Part shown: one piece after another, positions 27,328-40,789 of the stretch
How positions within the stretch are numbered: the first letter of the stretch is position 1
Layout: the number at the start of each line of letters is the position of its first letter
From: Phoronis australis
Taxonomy: Eukaryota; Animalia; Phoronida
NCBI GenBank assembly: GCA_002633005.1
Contig: NMRA01000362.1
Span: 248,001-312,000 of the forward strand
Reading direction: 5' to 3'
Length of the DNA stretch: 64,000 bases
Notes under the pieces: model-generated
The model's database searches: none
Told to the model about the DNA's origin: nothing
The model's input: only the letters and a program-made list of their open reading frames with translations
Made by a program: the position numbers and the translations under genes

Positions 27328-28185
27328 TTTTTGGTTTTACCCTCTTCACTAGTGTGCATGGAAAAAGAAAGATGGCATGCCCTTTTCAAGGGGTAGAATT
27401 GTTATATCCATGATATATTGTAAAAATTGTAACTACGAAATAACAGCAAAAACTGACTTGACATTAATAAGCAGGCCACGCACTGGTGACAACAAAATAC
27501 AGTGTAAACTTGAGAAAATATAAAGAGAAACTGATTTTGAGTAAATCGTCGCTGATAGTGTGCTTAAAATCCAGCTTACGACTTGAGGAGATTTGTTGCA
27601 TCGCGAATGTAAAGCAAAGTTAAATCACTTGGTGGTGAGTCTTTGTTTGGGTTGACACATTGCAAAGGTACTCGTTTTCAGATTCTTGTTATATATGCGC
27701 GTTCTTTGTGGTGCTGGCTTTACCCGTCACAAATTTGACAAGATTTTTGTATTTACAAAACTGCCTGCAAAGAACTGAAGCGAATAGGCCCTATGTGCCA
27801 GTGAACTGTGTTCTTGTATTTTCGCGACTTTCTCGTCTCCCTACGAAACCCGTTATATCCACAACGCTACAGGGGAGAAGTTCAGAAAATAATGCCGGAA
27901 TTTGTCTGAGTTAACAAGGGTTATGATCTTAGTAATGTTCGGACAGATTTCATGGTAAGGAATAGAAGCTTTCCGGTGGAATTTTTTACGTAAAAGTCAT
28001 GAAATAGATGTACAGTTTTTTACGTCTATTGACAAGATGTTCCATGTTTCTATGCATGAGATTATTGAGCATTCACGAATAGCTTGACCAGTAAACGGTA
28101 GAACCACGGACGAGGCGACAGAATGTGGCATGGCTTTGTTTCAAAAGCAGTTGTTTAATGCTGACAGAGTGCCCTCTTTCGGCAG

Positions 28186-28746
28186 GTAAAGCAGTAGGTC
28201 AAGCAGCGAGAGTGATCTTGATTGATGATTGGTGTCCTCGCCACAGTGCTTCTACAGAGCTCATCTACGACAACGGCTATCATAACTACCATGGTTGCTT
28301 CAGAAAATGAGCTTCTACAAAGCCACGTGTAGAAACTTCTTTAAAAAACAACATCGGGGAGGCTTCTCTAAACCCTGCTCGTGTCTGAGCACAGTTGCGA
28401 ATCCAAGTATCATACATAGGCTTAAATTCACGATCCTTCGTTGTTCTACTACATGCTAGATAAGACCGCCTCGGTCCTGTTTCATAAGTTTCAACAACCA
28501 TTTACAACATTTTATCAAAATCTTATTAAAACTTCCACTTTTCTTCAAGTCCTTTCAGTCAAACTCGCCATTTTCATAGTTATGGGGGCTAACATCGGCA
28601 CCTCGGTCACGAACTTCAGCGTCGCCGTGGGTCAAATGAAAGATAGGAAAGAGTACCGAAAGGCATTTCCTAATGCCATTGTCCACGACATGTTCATCTG
28701 GTTATGCGTGTTCACCTTTTTAGCCTACATCTGGAAGCTGGAACAC
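28186..28746 (+). pseudogene. SLC34 (type II Na/Pi cotransporter) two-exon relic
   Basis: GKAVGQ..(frameshift)..LMIGVLATVLLQSSSTTTAIITTMVASE (QSSS signature) with donor mutated to ATGAGC at 28307; second exon ~28550-28746 LAIFIVMGANIGTSVTN...EYRKAF..AIVHDMF.WL ends at GTAAGT. No other exons found. Confidence 0.85.
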
Positions 28747-29100
28747 GTAAGTTGTCACGATAGACCGAGGGTGCGTCCCGTAAAGGCTAATAACACTTGA
28801 GGGTAGCGTTTCATGAAGAGGTCAGATGACCGACATTGCATTGTTTGGATGAATTTTGAATTATGGATAACTGAATTTATTAATAGTAGTTCACAAACCA
28901 AGTTTTCTCGCCGCATCGTCAAGCGAATGACTGGTGTTATGGAAATAACACGGATAGTTTATAGTCGTCCAAACGGAGCACGTGGTCCTCTTTTGACCTC
29001 TGTATGAAGATTTCATTACAGTTATGATCGTAGTATTTACCCACAAATAAATCTTCAGTCAACACTACTTACGTTGATTCATAGAAGTTTTTTCAAACAT

Positions 29101-29190
29101 TCCCTTCCTCACTCTCTTCCTCCCTCTCTCTTTGCCTCTCTCTCCCTTACTCCCTGCCTCCCACCCTCCTTGCCTTTCTCCCACCCTCCG
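29101..29190. repeat. CT-rich low-complexity tract
   Basis: Nearly pure pyrimidine run on the + strand. Confidence 0.7.
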
Positions 29191-29836
29191 TGTAACTACT
29201 TCTGGTACTAAAACGTGCGCCCATTGCCATTCCATATTTAAGACCAAAGAGACGTAGTAAAACATTGCTAAATCCTGTAAAACTTACAGTAGTTTTCAAT
29301 TCGATCCTAATAGGAGCAGCCCTTTAATGTATCATCTGGTTCTGTCATACGGAATGACTTCGTGAAATCTTGAGCTTCAAAAAACCACGATGCAGAACGC
29401 TGAATGGTGTAGCCATAGTTTTATTTGAACATTTAACGGAACAGTGGGTGCAACATTTGATGGAATATTAGCATCAACGACAAACGACAAGAAATCGTGT
29501 AGCAAACAATATTAAAAATACAATTTCAAGTGACAACATAGAACAAAAACATCATCACTGTTTTTCAAGTATCAGAAGAACAACTGGAGGAATAACAACC
29601 AACACACATCAAATTCTAACAATAATAAACACATTTATCACAATTTCACCATTTAACATCATACAAACGAAAGATATTGAGAATGTAAAAAATCCGTTCA
29701 AGAAAAACAAATTTTAAGTTACCAAAATAAAAAGCAACTCAGTATTTTGCTGAACACTGTGGGAAGCAATGCTGTGACAGATGGAATGTCCAAAATAGAG
29801 ATTGCCACAGAGCCGCTCTCCGCTGCCTTGGAAACA

Positions 29837-29922
29837 TTAACCGGTAGAGAACATCCTCACCATCAAAACAAAGGCTGCGCAGAACACGATTTTGCTTGGA
29901 ATATCGTTACGTCCACCTGACA
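29837..29922 (-). CDS. Two-Ig cell-surface protein, exon 5 (hydrophobic tail / putative GPI signal, stop)
   Basis: CTCTTCTTGCAG acceptor; VSGGRNDIPSKIVFCAAFVLMVRMFSTG*; phase 1 consistent with the upstream exons. Confidence 0.65.
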
Positions 29923-32165
29923 CTGCAAGAAGAGGTCAAAACCATGTACGCTTATTTATAGCATTTTTATTGGTAAACCTCCCACTTCACTCAATATTTT
30001 GTAAACGGCCTCAATCTTCTAAGGCTTTCAATACCATGAACATTAAAGAACCGGATGGGTTGGTTTAGTTTCTAAAGCCAGCTCTGTCTAAGTTGGATCT
30101 CGCGCTAGAATTACAGTGAACTCTAGTAAACTGAATCATTGGAGGCTGATCACAGATGAAGACCAGTGGTTGGATGAGGTTACAATGGAGGATCTGGAGA
30201 AGAAATTACAGCATGATGTAACGACCGTTCAAGTCTGAGACCTAAGCCAGGCTGGAAGGAACGAAAAGTTTTGGCAGGTTGCAGGAGTTAAGAATACCAC
30301 AACACACATAGCATTGTGAGTCTATCATATCGTCTACCAAGTCGTTGACAAAAAATTCAACCTTGGAGACCGAACACAACTCCATTTGACTCCTAATATC
30401 AAACTCTTCAGATTCGTGGAATTCTTATACGACCAGATACATTACTGTAAACTCTCACTCCTGAGCACGGACCGCATTTCTTTGGTGCGCCGAACTATTC
30501 AATATGACAACACCATGCTATTTAAAAGACTGATAACATTAAACCAAGTGTTTTTAGTAAATTTTCTTTTTCAGTTGTCCATTACAGTCAATAATCCTTC
30601 AAAGTCATGAAAGATGGTATTCAGGTTAGTAAAGCAAACCAAGTCTTAACGTGAAAAGGCATGATATCTATGCATAACGTGCATCTGATGCGGGTCGAAA
30701 GCTAAACCCGTCAAAATCATGCGTGCACCGTTATGGTGTGTTGGCTGGTTTGAAGCGTATTTTCAATAATATAGCTTCATACAGACATTGTCACAGTTAC
30801 GTACAGTGTATGTTATATTACGATGTGTGGTATTGAATAAAGTCTTTGTTGTTGTACGTTTTTAGCGACAACAATGCGTTTGTACTCTTTCAAATAACAA
30901 GTTATAATGTGACACTGAACACCACTACTCCTGTTCTTTTTACAACTAAATATCTCTCGCTGTATTCCATGACTTCGTGTATTTTCCCATCAGTGAAATG
31001 CAATGGGGCAGGTTCCACGCATTTGATAAGGTCATACTGTAGAACACATTCACATGTGACACTGTATGGGTTAAAAACAGTAAAGAAGAAGTTGGTTGCA
31101 CTGATCTGTTTTTATTTTGTAGCACACGAGGGTCCTCATCCGCCCATGTATTTAAAGCAGCTAAACCAGCTGACTGACACCTTGCGATGAAATTAATCTG
31201 CTTTAAAAACGAGTTCAGTGACCCACGTTAGAAAGGTGCCTGTGGTTAGATGGTTCTCATGGAAAAATCTAATGCGCTGACATCCACTTTACTTTTCGTG
31301 ACAGCAGTATAGTTGAAAGTCAAAGTACCAAATGTTGGAATTAGAAATCAAGTCAACCATGCATTCAACTGAAAGATCGTGTTTAAGAATCGTAGAAAAA
31401 CATTTTAGTTGAAACTTAGTCTAATCTTGCCAACAACATGCCACGGAGTGTCGTGAAACTACGTTAATGTTGAATGATGGGAAATGTCAGACATTGGAAT
31501 AAATGAAAAATGAACCGCTGTTTTAATCTTGCTGAGGACTCTATGACCTTAAAACAAACCCCAAACCTTCGATAAAGGTGAATTAACCTTGTATCCGCGT
31601 GACACAAATGTATTATGTGAGATAAGAAAATGAAAAGATGACAAAGTAAAGACCACTCAAATCACGATACCTCCTGTTTCGAATTTTTTAAAATAAAAAT
31701 CAACGTCTAAAATGTGATTGTAAGTAATTTATATCTTCTATTACATTGTGTTTTTGCTTTTATTGCTATGCAGCTTTGGAGTGTACACATTTTGGACCAT
31801 ATATGCATCCCAGTTAAAACCAATGAAAACACAATTTGCATTCATATAATTTCGGACGCATAGGCAATTTAGAATTAAAGCACAATGCATTTGGCAATTC
31901 CTTAAAAACCAATCCCGCAAAACTTGGAAAAATGATTTACAAAATGTAACAACAGTTAGAACAGACCTAAAGAGATGCAGCAAACCTAACTGTATGTCTG
32001 CTGTTATCCACAGAACTGATCACAAAAGACTTGATCAAGAAATATTGATTATCGAATTGCAATTTGAAACAACTTCATCTTTATAAGAATATTGTGCTGT
32101 TAAAGGGTATACTGTTACCATCTCATCAGAGAAGAATTTTAAATTACAGAAAAATATCAGCATAC

Positions 32166-32201
32166 CTCCACCTTCTTCATTTCCAGTTGGCTTGACGGTA
32201 T
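32166..32201 (-). CDS. Two-Ig cell-surface protein, exon 4 (36-nt linker)
   Basis: TTTACAG|DTVKPTGNEEGG|GTATG; phase 1-1. Confidence 0.6.
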
Positions 32202-34383
32202 CTGTAAATCATAATTTAATTTTACAATAAATAATTGTTACATGGCAATGGATTTTGTAGAATTATCGCCCTCGAGGCGCCATTCCCAGAGCACATCGTT
32301 GTTGAGAGTTGAATTCTTGGCACGAACTCGAGTACCCTTCAGACAAGTGAAAATTGCCAAAAATCTGGATGGTAATTGCATATTTTAACCTAAAAGTCTA
32401 GAATCTGGAGTGCAAAAAAAAATCGGATTATTGGTTCCTGTCTTGCACCAGAGGCTGTGTTGAATTTCAGATTTTTAGGTACAAAAAGACTGGCAAAGTC
32501 GCAATTTGTGGGTCATTTTTATGCATTTAATTTTTTCCAGTGGAGACAGTTAGGAAAAGACATGGCTTTGTTGAGTGTCTTCATGTTTGAGAAACCCCAT
32601 CCAGTTTTCTTTCTGTCAGTTTTTCAAGTGTCTTGCCAAGATAAGGTCCAAAAACTGATTCATCGGTCTTTCATTGACCAAGGCCAGGGATGAAGCCAAA
32701 ATTAACCACTGGGACTATGGTCTTTGGCTATAATCGAGGGGTCAGAAATAAAGTTTGTAGTTTTCGGAAGGGTTTACTATTTTGAAAACCTTGTCACACC
32801 CTGTTATTAGTGGTATGTTTTCATGTGACTTAGATGGGAAAATTAATTTTAAAAATTCCTAAATAAATCAACACCCTTTTGATTGCAATTTTGACTTACT
32901 TTTAGCCGGTGCACTACAAGGCCTGGTGTTCATTCCTCGATCTTAGTCTGGTATAAAGCAAATGCTGTGGTAATTAATCAATGATTTGTGTGTTTTTAAC
33001 TGCCATCGCGCAATTTGGACTACCTAATAAAGAAGTATCAATTTTAAAGTTGCATTTGTACAAGATATACACCCTCATTGACATGTCCAGTTGGGGCAGG
33101 GGCAAGCAGATGAGTTTTATTTATGGCGCCCAGTGTTGCTCGGTGGCCAGGAAATTCTTGACTTACAAAATTATTAATATTATTCAAAATGTGTCAACTA
33201 ATTCAGACATTCTTGCATTATTGATTCTTTGTGTCTGGGTAACTCTTTAATGGTTGATTTTCTTCAAAGTATTTTAGCAATTCGCTGAAAACATAATCGG
33301 GCAATTTTGGGACAAAATACCTTTAAAAATCAAATTTTGCGTTTTGCTGTTTCATACTCTTATTATGCATATTTGCATTTTTAAGGTTTAAGGCCATGCG
33401 TTTTCAAGCACAGCATGGCCGGGATTCAGGAACCATTCCTAAACTTAAGAGCAAAGAACTCGCGAAAATGGACGAAATAATAAATGAATTTTTTATCTCA
33501 AGGTGCCGGTACAAAACAGTGCTCAAAAAGCTTTAAGTTTGATAAAAGAGGAAAGCATCAATACTACGTTACACATTACTTAATTTGTTAAATACTTTCA
33601 AGTTAATTTTTTAACTGGACAGACCTTGTTAGATGAGGACTTAAAGTACATGTAACACTATTTTAAACACTAGAATTGGAGGAAGGGGATGCCAATTGCG
33701 TGTTAGAGCTTGTGGTCCAGACATTTAAGGGCGAGGTTGAAGATGACATTCAATTCCTAGAGTTCTATGTTCAAACTTAGCTGACATATCTTGTACTGTT
33801 TGATTAGGATGGTAATAAACTTTTGAAAATTCATGTAAGCTTAGACATTCAGTCCTAAATTATCTTCAAACTTAATACAGCACATTTCAGATTTTAAAAA
33901 ATTGGTGATATACAGTACATGTAGGTGCAGGTGATATGTGTTTAATTGTTCCTAGAATAAGAGTTTTCTATGGTCCTATACTTTCAACCTAAAATTGCAA
34001 AACAGGAAATAGAATGATCCAACAAAGTGCATGATCTTAAATTTCCCTTGCCATGGTGACAGTTGATTTCTACCAACAGAAACAACTAAACACGCACCTG
34101 TGATAAATGCGAATGAGCCTCATTTTTGAAGGCTGTCAAGTCCTGTGAAACACACCATTTCAAAAATCGCCGACGCGCCCTTGCAAATCATTGTGGGGCT
34201 ATAGCCCCCCCCCCCCGACCCCTTTCTGGTGCGTTATCTATCCCCAAATGTATAATAGAACTCGCTGTGTTAAGATTTTTGGCAAGAAGTCACATGACTA
34301 ACAAGGTATTTCATGTCAAAGTCCCAAGAAATATGAGTTAGTTCTTAACACTAAGAAATTGTTAGAGCAAATCATCAGCTCAC

Positions 34384-34725
34384 CTTTTACATTGAAAGCG
34401 CGTGTAGCACTTGAAATGATTTCTTGCGAAATGAACGCTCTTGATACGTCACAGCGAAACACTGCCCCAGTGTCGTTGTTGTTAGCAACAAATGTGTAAT
34501 TGAACACAATTCTGCCCACTTTGCTTCCATCTGTTTTATTTTCGATTATCTGGAATTGCTCTTGAGGTTGTCCTTGTATGTCCCATATAACTCCATTTTT
34601 TCGTTTCCATGACAAAATTCCGGGAGGTGACCCCACATTTCCAGTGCACGTCATGACTATAGTATCGCCGTCAGTCAGGTGTGTCTTATCAGGTTCAAAA
34701 GTGACAGTAGGGACTGCTGGCTCAA
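34384..34725 (-). CDS. Two-Ig cell-surface protein, exon 3 (C2/CD80-like Ig domain)
   Basis: GDTIVMTCTGNVGSPPGILSW...NDTGAVFRCDV; TTTCAG acceptor, GTGAGC donor; phase 1-1. Confidence 0.88.
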
Positions 34726-35065
34726 CTGAAAGTTTATACGGTAAAACTCCCAAGACATCAATACAAACGATACCAACACAACATTAGAATAAAGAATAAT
34801 CTTTAGATCACTCCTTTTTCACAACTAGTCATTAATCGGCATGCCGTCGAAGTACACCTTGAAAACAATCTTTTGCGCTTGAACAGCGTTCTTGCAATAT
34901 TTTCTTTCTCTTTCACGATGACTTAGGGCAAACAACTTTTTGTTGTGGGAAAATGTATTGTTTAAAGCGGCAGCCTCTGTCACAAAACCCAATTTTCATT
35001 TGGATAATTACCGTTATGAAATTGGTCTCAAATTGTTCCTTAGTCAAACAGTTGGGATTTCGGCA

Positions 35066-35215
35066 TAGGCAGATCCAGGGGGTCAAGGGGGTCCGGATCT
35101 CATTCTTTCCCTTGCTTTTAGTGATATCAAATCTAGAATTTCCAAACTATTTACTTTGACCCCCTTTTAAAAAATCGTTGATCCGATCCCCCTTTAAAAA
35201 ACTGGATCCACCCTT
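35066..35215. mobile_element. MITE related to family A
   Basis: GGCAGATCCAGGGGGTCAAGGGGGTCCGGATC ... CTGGATCCACCC inverted ends. Confidence 0.5.
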
Positions 35216-35400
35216 ATTCTGGGCTTCAAAGGAAATTAGCAAGGTCTCCAGTAAAAACGAACTGTCAGGTCCTTGCAAAACCTAACACCACTCTCCATCC
35301 GACTAAGGAACAACAAGTCCAGGCCAGTTTCATAGCACTAAGTGATCTCAATTACTTTGACAGAACGTGGCTTTACCGCCTCTTTAAAGGTTTCACTTAC

Positions 35401-35811
35401 TATTAATTTTCACTTCTACTTCATCTGAAAGAGTATGGAAAGCAGTTGCAGCCACAAGATTAATCCCACACTTGTACCATCCTTTGTCAGCATTGACCAC
35501 ATTCATAATCACCACACTTGCGTTGCCATTTGGACCGTTCTCAGTGCTGCCAAGGAAGGCCCTCTTTCTGGATTCACTTGATGCCTCTGTTGTATATTCA
35601 TCATACCACCACATTCTTTGCCGAGTTCCACTTTCAAACCAAGTTTGTTTAAAAAACCGGAATACATCCTTGTACCATGCTATAACCTGAACCTCCTCGC
35701 CTGACCCCCAAGTATACTGGCACAACAAGGTCAAGTTAGATCCTATCTTCGCATACACAGGTGAATTATTTACAATATTAACATCGTTCCTCTGGCTGGA
35801 GACCTCCGGGC
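35401..35811 (-). CDS. Two-Ig cell-surface protein, exon 2 (V-set Ig domain)
   Basis: NLTLLCQY...VIAWYKD..RFF...NASVVIMNVVNADKGWYKC; TTTTCAG acceptor, GTAAGT donor; phase 1-1. Confidence 0.9.
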
Positions 35812-36306
35812 CTGAAAATACAAGGAACAATGTGTTATTTAATGACGATATTTGGAAGCCTATTTTTCAAAAAGTCATTCTAATTTCAGGATAACTGCCG
35901 CAAAAGGCACATTTTGGTATCTAATATGTGACCTTTCAACTGAAGTTTCGTGGAGGTCTTCGAGAATCAGCATAACCTGTTTTAAAATGATCAATCAAAA
36001 AGCTTACCATTAACTGAAGGGCAAAAAACGTAATAGTCTCAATGAGACAATTTTTGAAGAGGTTGAGCTTTGTTCAGTTATATAACAATGGTATTCTCAA
36101 AACTATAGAATGTTTATCAACGACGTACAGAACATATGGGGCTTTCGTGCCTTTAGTGCACAGTTCATAAAGAAACACGTAAAAATTGAAAAGAATAATA
36201 ATTATGTACAACGTCATGGGTTCGGCACACTGTTCGGATCAGCAACTAAGTGTATAGAGTGAAGTGAAAGTAAAGTATATTTAGCGTCGAGAAGGTTCGT
36301 AGAGGG

Positions 36307-37188
36307 ATGAAAAGATGTGTTTGTGGAGGCTGCAGCAACAGCAGTCAGACGGAGAACGTCTCGGTGTTCCGAAGGAGGCCAAAGTTGCGCAGTAGTGGCA
36401 TCGCTTCGTGCGCCGAACGAGAGTGTGGGACCTCAGCGTGGACCAAGCGATTCTGTCCGGAGACACTCTGTGTTCTGCCCACTTTGAGGAGTCGTGTTTC
36501 AACTCCAATCAGAGGAGATGTTACGATGAAGGCCTGGTTCAATAAAGTGTTATGGCGTTTTTTGCATGCCCATCTTGCAGAGTCTTAGTTAGTTTTATCT
36601 ATTACGTCATAATAAATGACAATATTCGCAATCCTCCTCTTGTTTTACTCTGCAACATAGCTCGTGGCGTACCCCGGGCAAAATAGATTACGATAAAGGA
36701 CAATATTTACTATTCAGAAACACCGGCTCTTTATTCAGGATCGTCTGTTGGATGACTGGGTTGACTGGCCGAGCCCGAGGCCGCTTCTCTCGGGGGAGGA
36801 TCCAGTTCGTAAGGCCTCAAAGTAGAAAAGTACGCAGCTGAAAACATATCAAACTCGTTCTCGCTTTCGTGCAACCCCATTTCGTCATCCTGGCCACCAT
36901 TCTCGTACGTTTCTTCATAGTATTTGTTCATTTCTTGCTCATAATCGTTGTCGCTTTCAAATTCCCTACTCTCCGCCGTTGCTCAATGCTAGTCGCTGAT
37001 CTCTTGTGTTCAACCCATGATGTCACATGGCGGGAAATGTGAAAATTGGCAAAATTGAAAGAGAAATCAAAATTTCGAGCTAATGATACAAAATAATCAT
37101 GGATTTGGCTAAATTTTACGTCATACATTTAGTCTGTGGCCACCGATAATTCGAAATGTGCAAAAATCCATGGTGTGTACTGTTTAAA
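36307..37188. mobile_element. Internally deleted THAP transposon (Kolobok-like) in intron 1 of the Ig gene
   Basis: + strand: MKRCVCGGCSN...(frameshift)FPKE..VAQ*WHRFVRRTR...LCSAHFEESCF (THAP). Convergent minus-strand acidic ORF 36731-36931 with LRPYELDP. Candidate end ...TACTGT|TTAA near 37188. Left end not located. Confidence 0.6.
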
Positions 37189-38108
37189 ACCATGGTTGCT
37201 GACGCGAAAGTGACAAGAACCTGGAATGAATCACCGATACGCGAACCTACCATGATGGTTTTAAATCACGATGCACGTCATTAATTTAGTTTTCAATATG
37301 AACAACGAAAACAGTAAATAGATTTTTTCAGTATCCCACTTCAGTTCAAGATCCTATTTTCTATTTGTGAAACGAAAATCGTAAATCCTATTCATTTTCT
37401 AAATATACCAATTCCTGGGTTTCCGTTACCAACAAGAACATCGAAACCATCAGCTTCTCGAGAGAAAGACTCAAAGTTTAGAGGGTTTTCATCGTAGGCG
37501 TTGCCCCCATCCCCGATTCGGGTGAAAGTAAAGGAAAATTCGGGCAAAGCCAGAAAAGAAATAGGACAGCGGAACCTGTAATAGAATATATACGGGGAGG
37601 GGAAGAAGTCGGCCTGTAGCTTGGCCAAATCTAAACACGCACACCATGACTGTGAATTGAGTTGCTGTGTTGTTCCAAATCAAATCGGAATCGGATAAAA
37701 GTGGCAATATTTTTGAAACTTTAAAAAGCTTCTCTCTTGAGAATTCGGTATGAGCTGATGAACATCCGGTGAAAACACCCCAAGATATATATATATATAT
37801 AGTTTTCAATTAAGCCTTTTTACTCTCATAAAACCGGTCTCATAGTATTCTTTACAGCAATGGATTCTTTTCCATTATCTAAAGGAACATCGAAACCATC
37901 AGTGAGTCACAAAAACACTTCTGTTATGGTTAGCCAGTTGAAAATGGCATGTTGTGCTAGTGACTTGATAAGCCGTCTCGTTCGAAAACTACTTGCTGAC
38001 CAGTTCCTGCATCATTTTTGAGAGCAGGTGTCGTAAAAGATTTCACAGGGTGCTCTAGAAACTGCATCCTTAAAGCTACCTAAACTTACGCACTAGGAGT
38101 AGTAAACT

Positions 38109-38745
38109 GTCGGAATGCCCTTGGGTAACACGGGCGGAACTTTGATTTCACAAAGAGGCGACCACGATTTTCAAAGAAAAGCGTTTAGTGTAAGTAAACA
38201 TAAAACGGCATACATTCGTCAGCGTTTATGTTCTTGTTCACGTTATCCAAAGGGAAGCCGCCAGCCCCTAATCTGCCTATGGTACACTCAGAGTTTTTGG
38301 GACCTGAGGTGGTACTTCAGATTTCAGTTCTTCGGGATGAAAAATATTGGTTCTAGACCCGTTTGCCGGTTAAGGTTATTCTGGGACAGAAATTTCACCA
38401 ATTTACAGCAGGAAAACTATGCTCGANGTCGGAATGCCCTTGGGTAACACTGGAGGAACTTTGATTTCACAAGGAGGCGACCACTATTTTCAAAGAAAAG
38501 CGTTTAGTGTAAGTAAACATAAAACGGCATACATTCGTCAGCGTTTATGTTCTTGTTCACGTTATCCAAAGGGAAGCCGCCAGCCCCTAATCTGCCTATG
38601 GTACACTCAGAGTTTTTGGGACCTGAGGTGGTACTTCAGATTTCAGTTCTTCGGGATGAAAAATATTGGTTCTAGACCCGTTTGCCGGTTAAGGTTATTC
38701 TGGGACAGAAATTTCACCAATTTACAGCAGGAAAACTATGCTCGA
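38109..38745. repeat. 318-bp tandem duplicate separated by a single N (probable assembly overlap)
   Basis: 38109-38426 and 38428-38745 are near-identical, differ by a few SNPs, and have an N at 38427. Confidence 0.85.
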
Positions 38746-39994
38746 TAATGAAAATTTTATTGTTTTATTTTTTTAATAAAAGACAAGTAGCACCGAATAA
38801 ATGAATGTCGTTTATAAACCCGATGCCATAGCTACCATTAAGAGAATTTTTCTGAGAAATCGTGGACTTTCTAAACAAGATTAGACGCTGTTGAAAAATG
38901 AAAAAGACCAATTTTCTGTCAGTCCTTTTTCATATTTCCACGTGATTTCTACAAAATGATGCGTTTTCGAAGAAACGATATTTCAAAAATCAAAGTGACT
39001 GCGACAAATCGGCAAAAAAAGCTGATTTTGCTATTCATCTGACGAGTTTTCTCATTACTCATTGTATGTACGTGACGTCATATCCAGTCCCTTCACAGGT
39101 CTATTTCAAACAAACGCAGTATCCATTGCCCACTTGCATCTTACACATTACAAACTCGTCTAATTGTATGTGTTCAAGCCATTAAACGAAACATGAACAC
39201 CCATCATGCGTGACGTTCTTATGACCTGCAGTGTTGTTGTTGACCCACATTGTCCAAGCATCGAGTTGCTGATGACGTCACCGGTGTTGTAAGTTTGTTG
39301 GCCTAGCAGCGTCATCTCAGATGTCTTGATCGAGTTGGTCGAGACGTCGATATTCTCGTTTTCGTGGGTAACTCTTAAAAATTCTGCGTTATTCATTCAG
39401 TTTCTCCAAGCACTGCTCTTCAGAGCACTTTTGTTTTTTTAAGTACTCACTGGCGCTGTGAATTTCTTATCATTATTATATAATTTATTTAGACCCCAAA
39501 GACGTTCATAATATGTTAACATACATCAATTACTAATTGAAGTTGTATTAACAAGGGAAGGGTAATCGCCTGGACAGGGCTTCAGACTACTAGCAGGAAA
39601 TTCTGAAAAAACCTGGGACTGGAAAGATAGTGTTGATTATATAAAACATTCTTTTCTTTGTGTTTCATGCAATTAATTGACAACAACGGCTGCGTGTGCC
39701 AAGTTCGGATGCTCTAACAGACCAGCACAAACGCGCCAAAGTAGTGAAGCAAATGCTCCTCGTGAGGGCGTGATTGCATGACATAGCCCTTATAACAACA
39801 ATTTTCTATTAAATTTTTGTGACACAAGTGGGACTGGGTTGAAGCACACATGAGACGTGTAAAATTCAATCCGTTGAGTACGGGCACCATGACATCGTGT
39901 AATACGGTGTGAACCAGTTGAAACAACGAAGATTACGATTATCCAACAGTGGCAATGATGAGTTTGGTGAATAAATATATCAATCGATACTTAC

Positions 39995-40046
39995 TTGAAC
40001 CGTAAATTACGCACAAAAACGTAAGAACATATACTGACCGCTCCAT
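39995..40046 (-). CDS. Two-Ig cell-surface protein, exon 1 (signal peptide)
   Basis: ATG at 40046; MERSVYVLTFLCVIYGS then GTAAGT donor in phase 1, joining the V-set exon in frame. Confidence 0.7.
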
Positions 40047-40789
40047 TTCAATCTATCCACAAAGATGACCTAGTTGTGCTGTATGTCGCCGGGTCAGTCA
40101 ATTTACTGAGGTCATTGTCCAGGTATTTATCGCACCTGTGTCACGTGACTTGACACGTTAAGGTCTTTTTTGCAAAGACAAGAGCCCTGAAACCTCCCGG
40201 CCCCCCAGAACAAGACCCCTCCACACTGCACAATATATGAAATTAAAAACCATGAAAAGGGTGGCATACACATAGACTCTAACTATATTATTATATATGG
40301 AGTCACCCCTAACTGTTTGCATGACCACCCGACGAAAGCGAAATTCCTAGGCGTAAAAATACTATTGCGTTCGGCTTGGTTGTGTTTTGCTGGTAGCAGC
40401 GCCTCCTCAAATACAGGAAATTCGTTGGTTTATCGGTGACAGACATATACTATTGAAATGCGAGCACAGATGATAGGCGTCTACGTAAACTTTAGTGGTT
40501 GGTGACGGTTTTCAGAGACAGTTGGAGTGTGCTACTTCACAATTGTTTCAAAGCATACCAGGCTTATAACATAGTTATCCTCTGTTCCGTTCATGTTTCC
40601 TAAACAAGAATTCGCAATCCCAAAGTAATGAAATTTGTCATTAAAAAGGCCTGCGTCTAATTCTGTTTCCCGCAGATTAAGACATATCGAAAGCTGCTCC
40701 TGTTTCTAAATAGCATTCAAGTAAATACTGCTGTTGGTCCAATAAATGACTTCTCCCGTTTTGGTTAGGAACTTGCACTGTAATTTGCT

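Noticed and set aside
37755-37775. Hammerhead ribozyme core CTGATGA...GAAA
   Set aside because: Stem II has only 2 bp and I could not find stems I and III; the same applies to CTGACGA...GAAA at ~42389.
38109-38745. Tandem duplicated 110-aa ORFs
   Set aside because: Two 318-bp copies joined by one N: typical unmerged contig or haplotype overlap; the ORFs show no protein-like features.
39160-39396. 78-aa minus-strand ORF in intron 1 of the Ig gene
   Set aside because: No recognisable domain and no splice sites fitting the gene model; possibly a transposon remnant.
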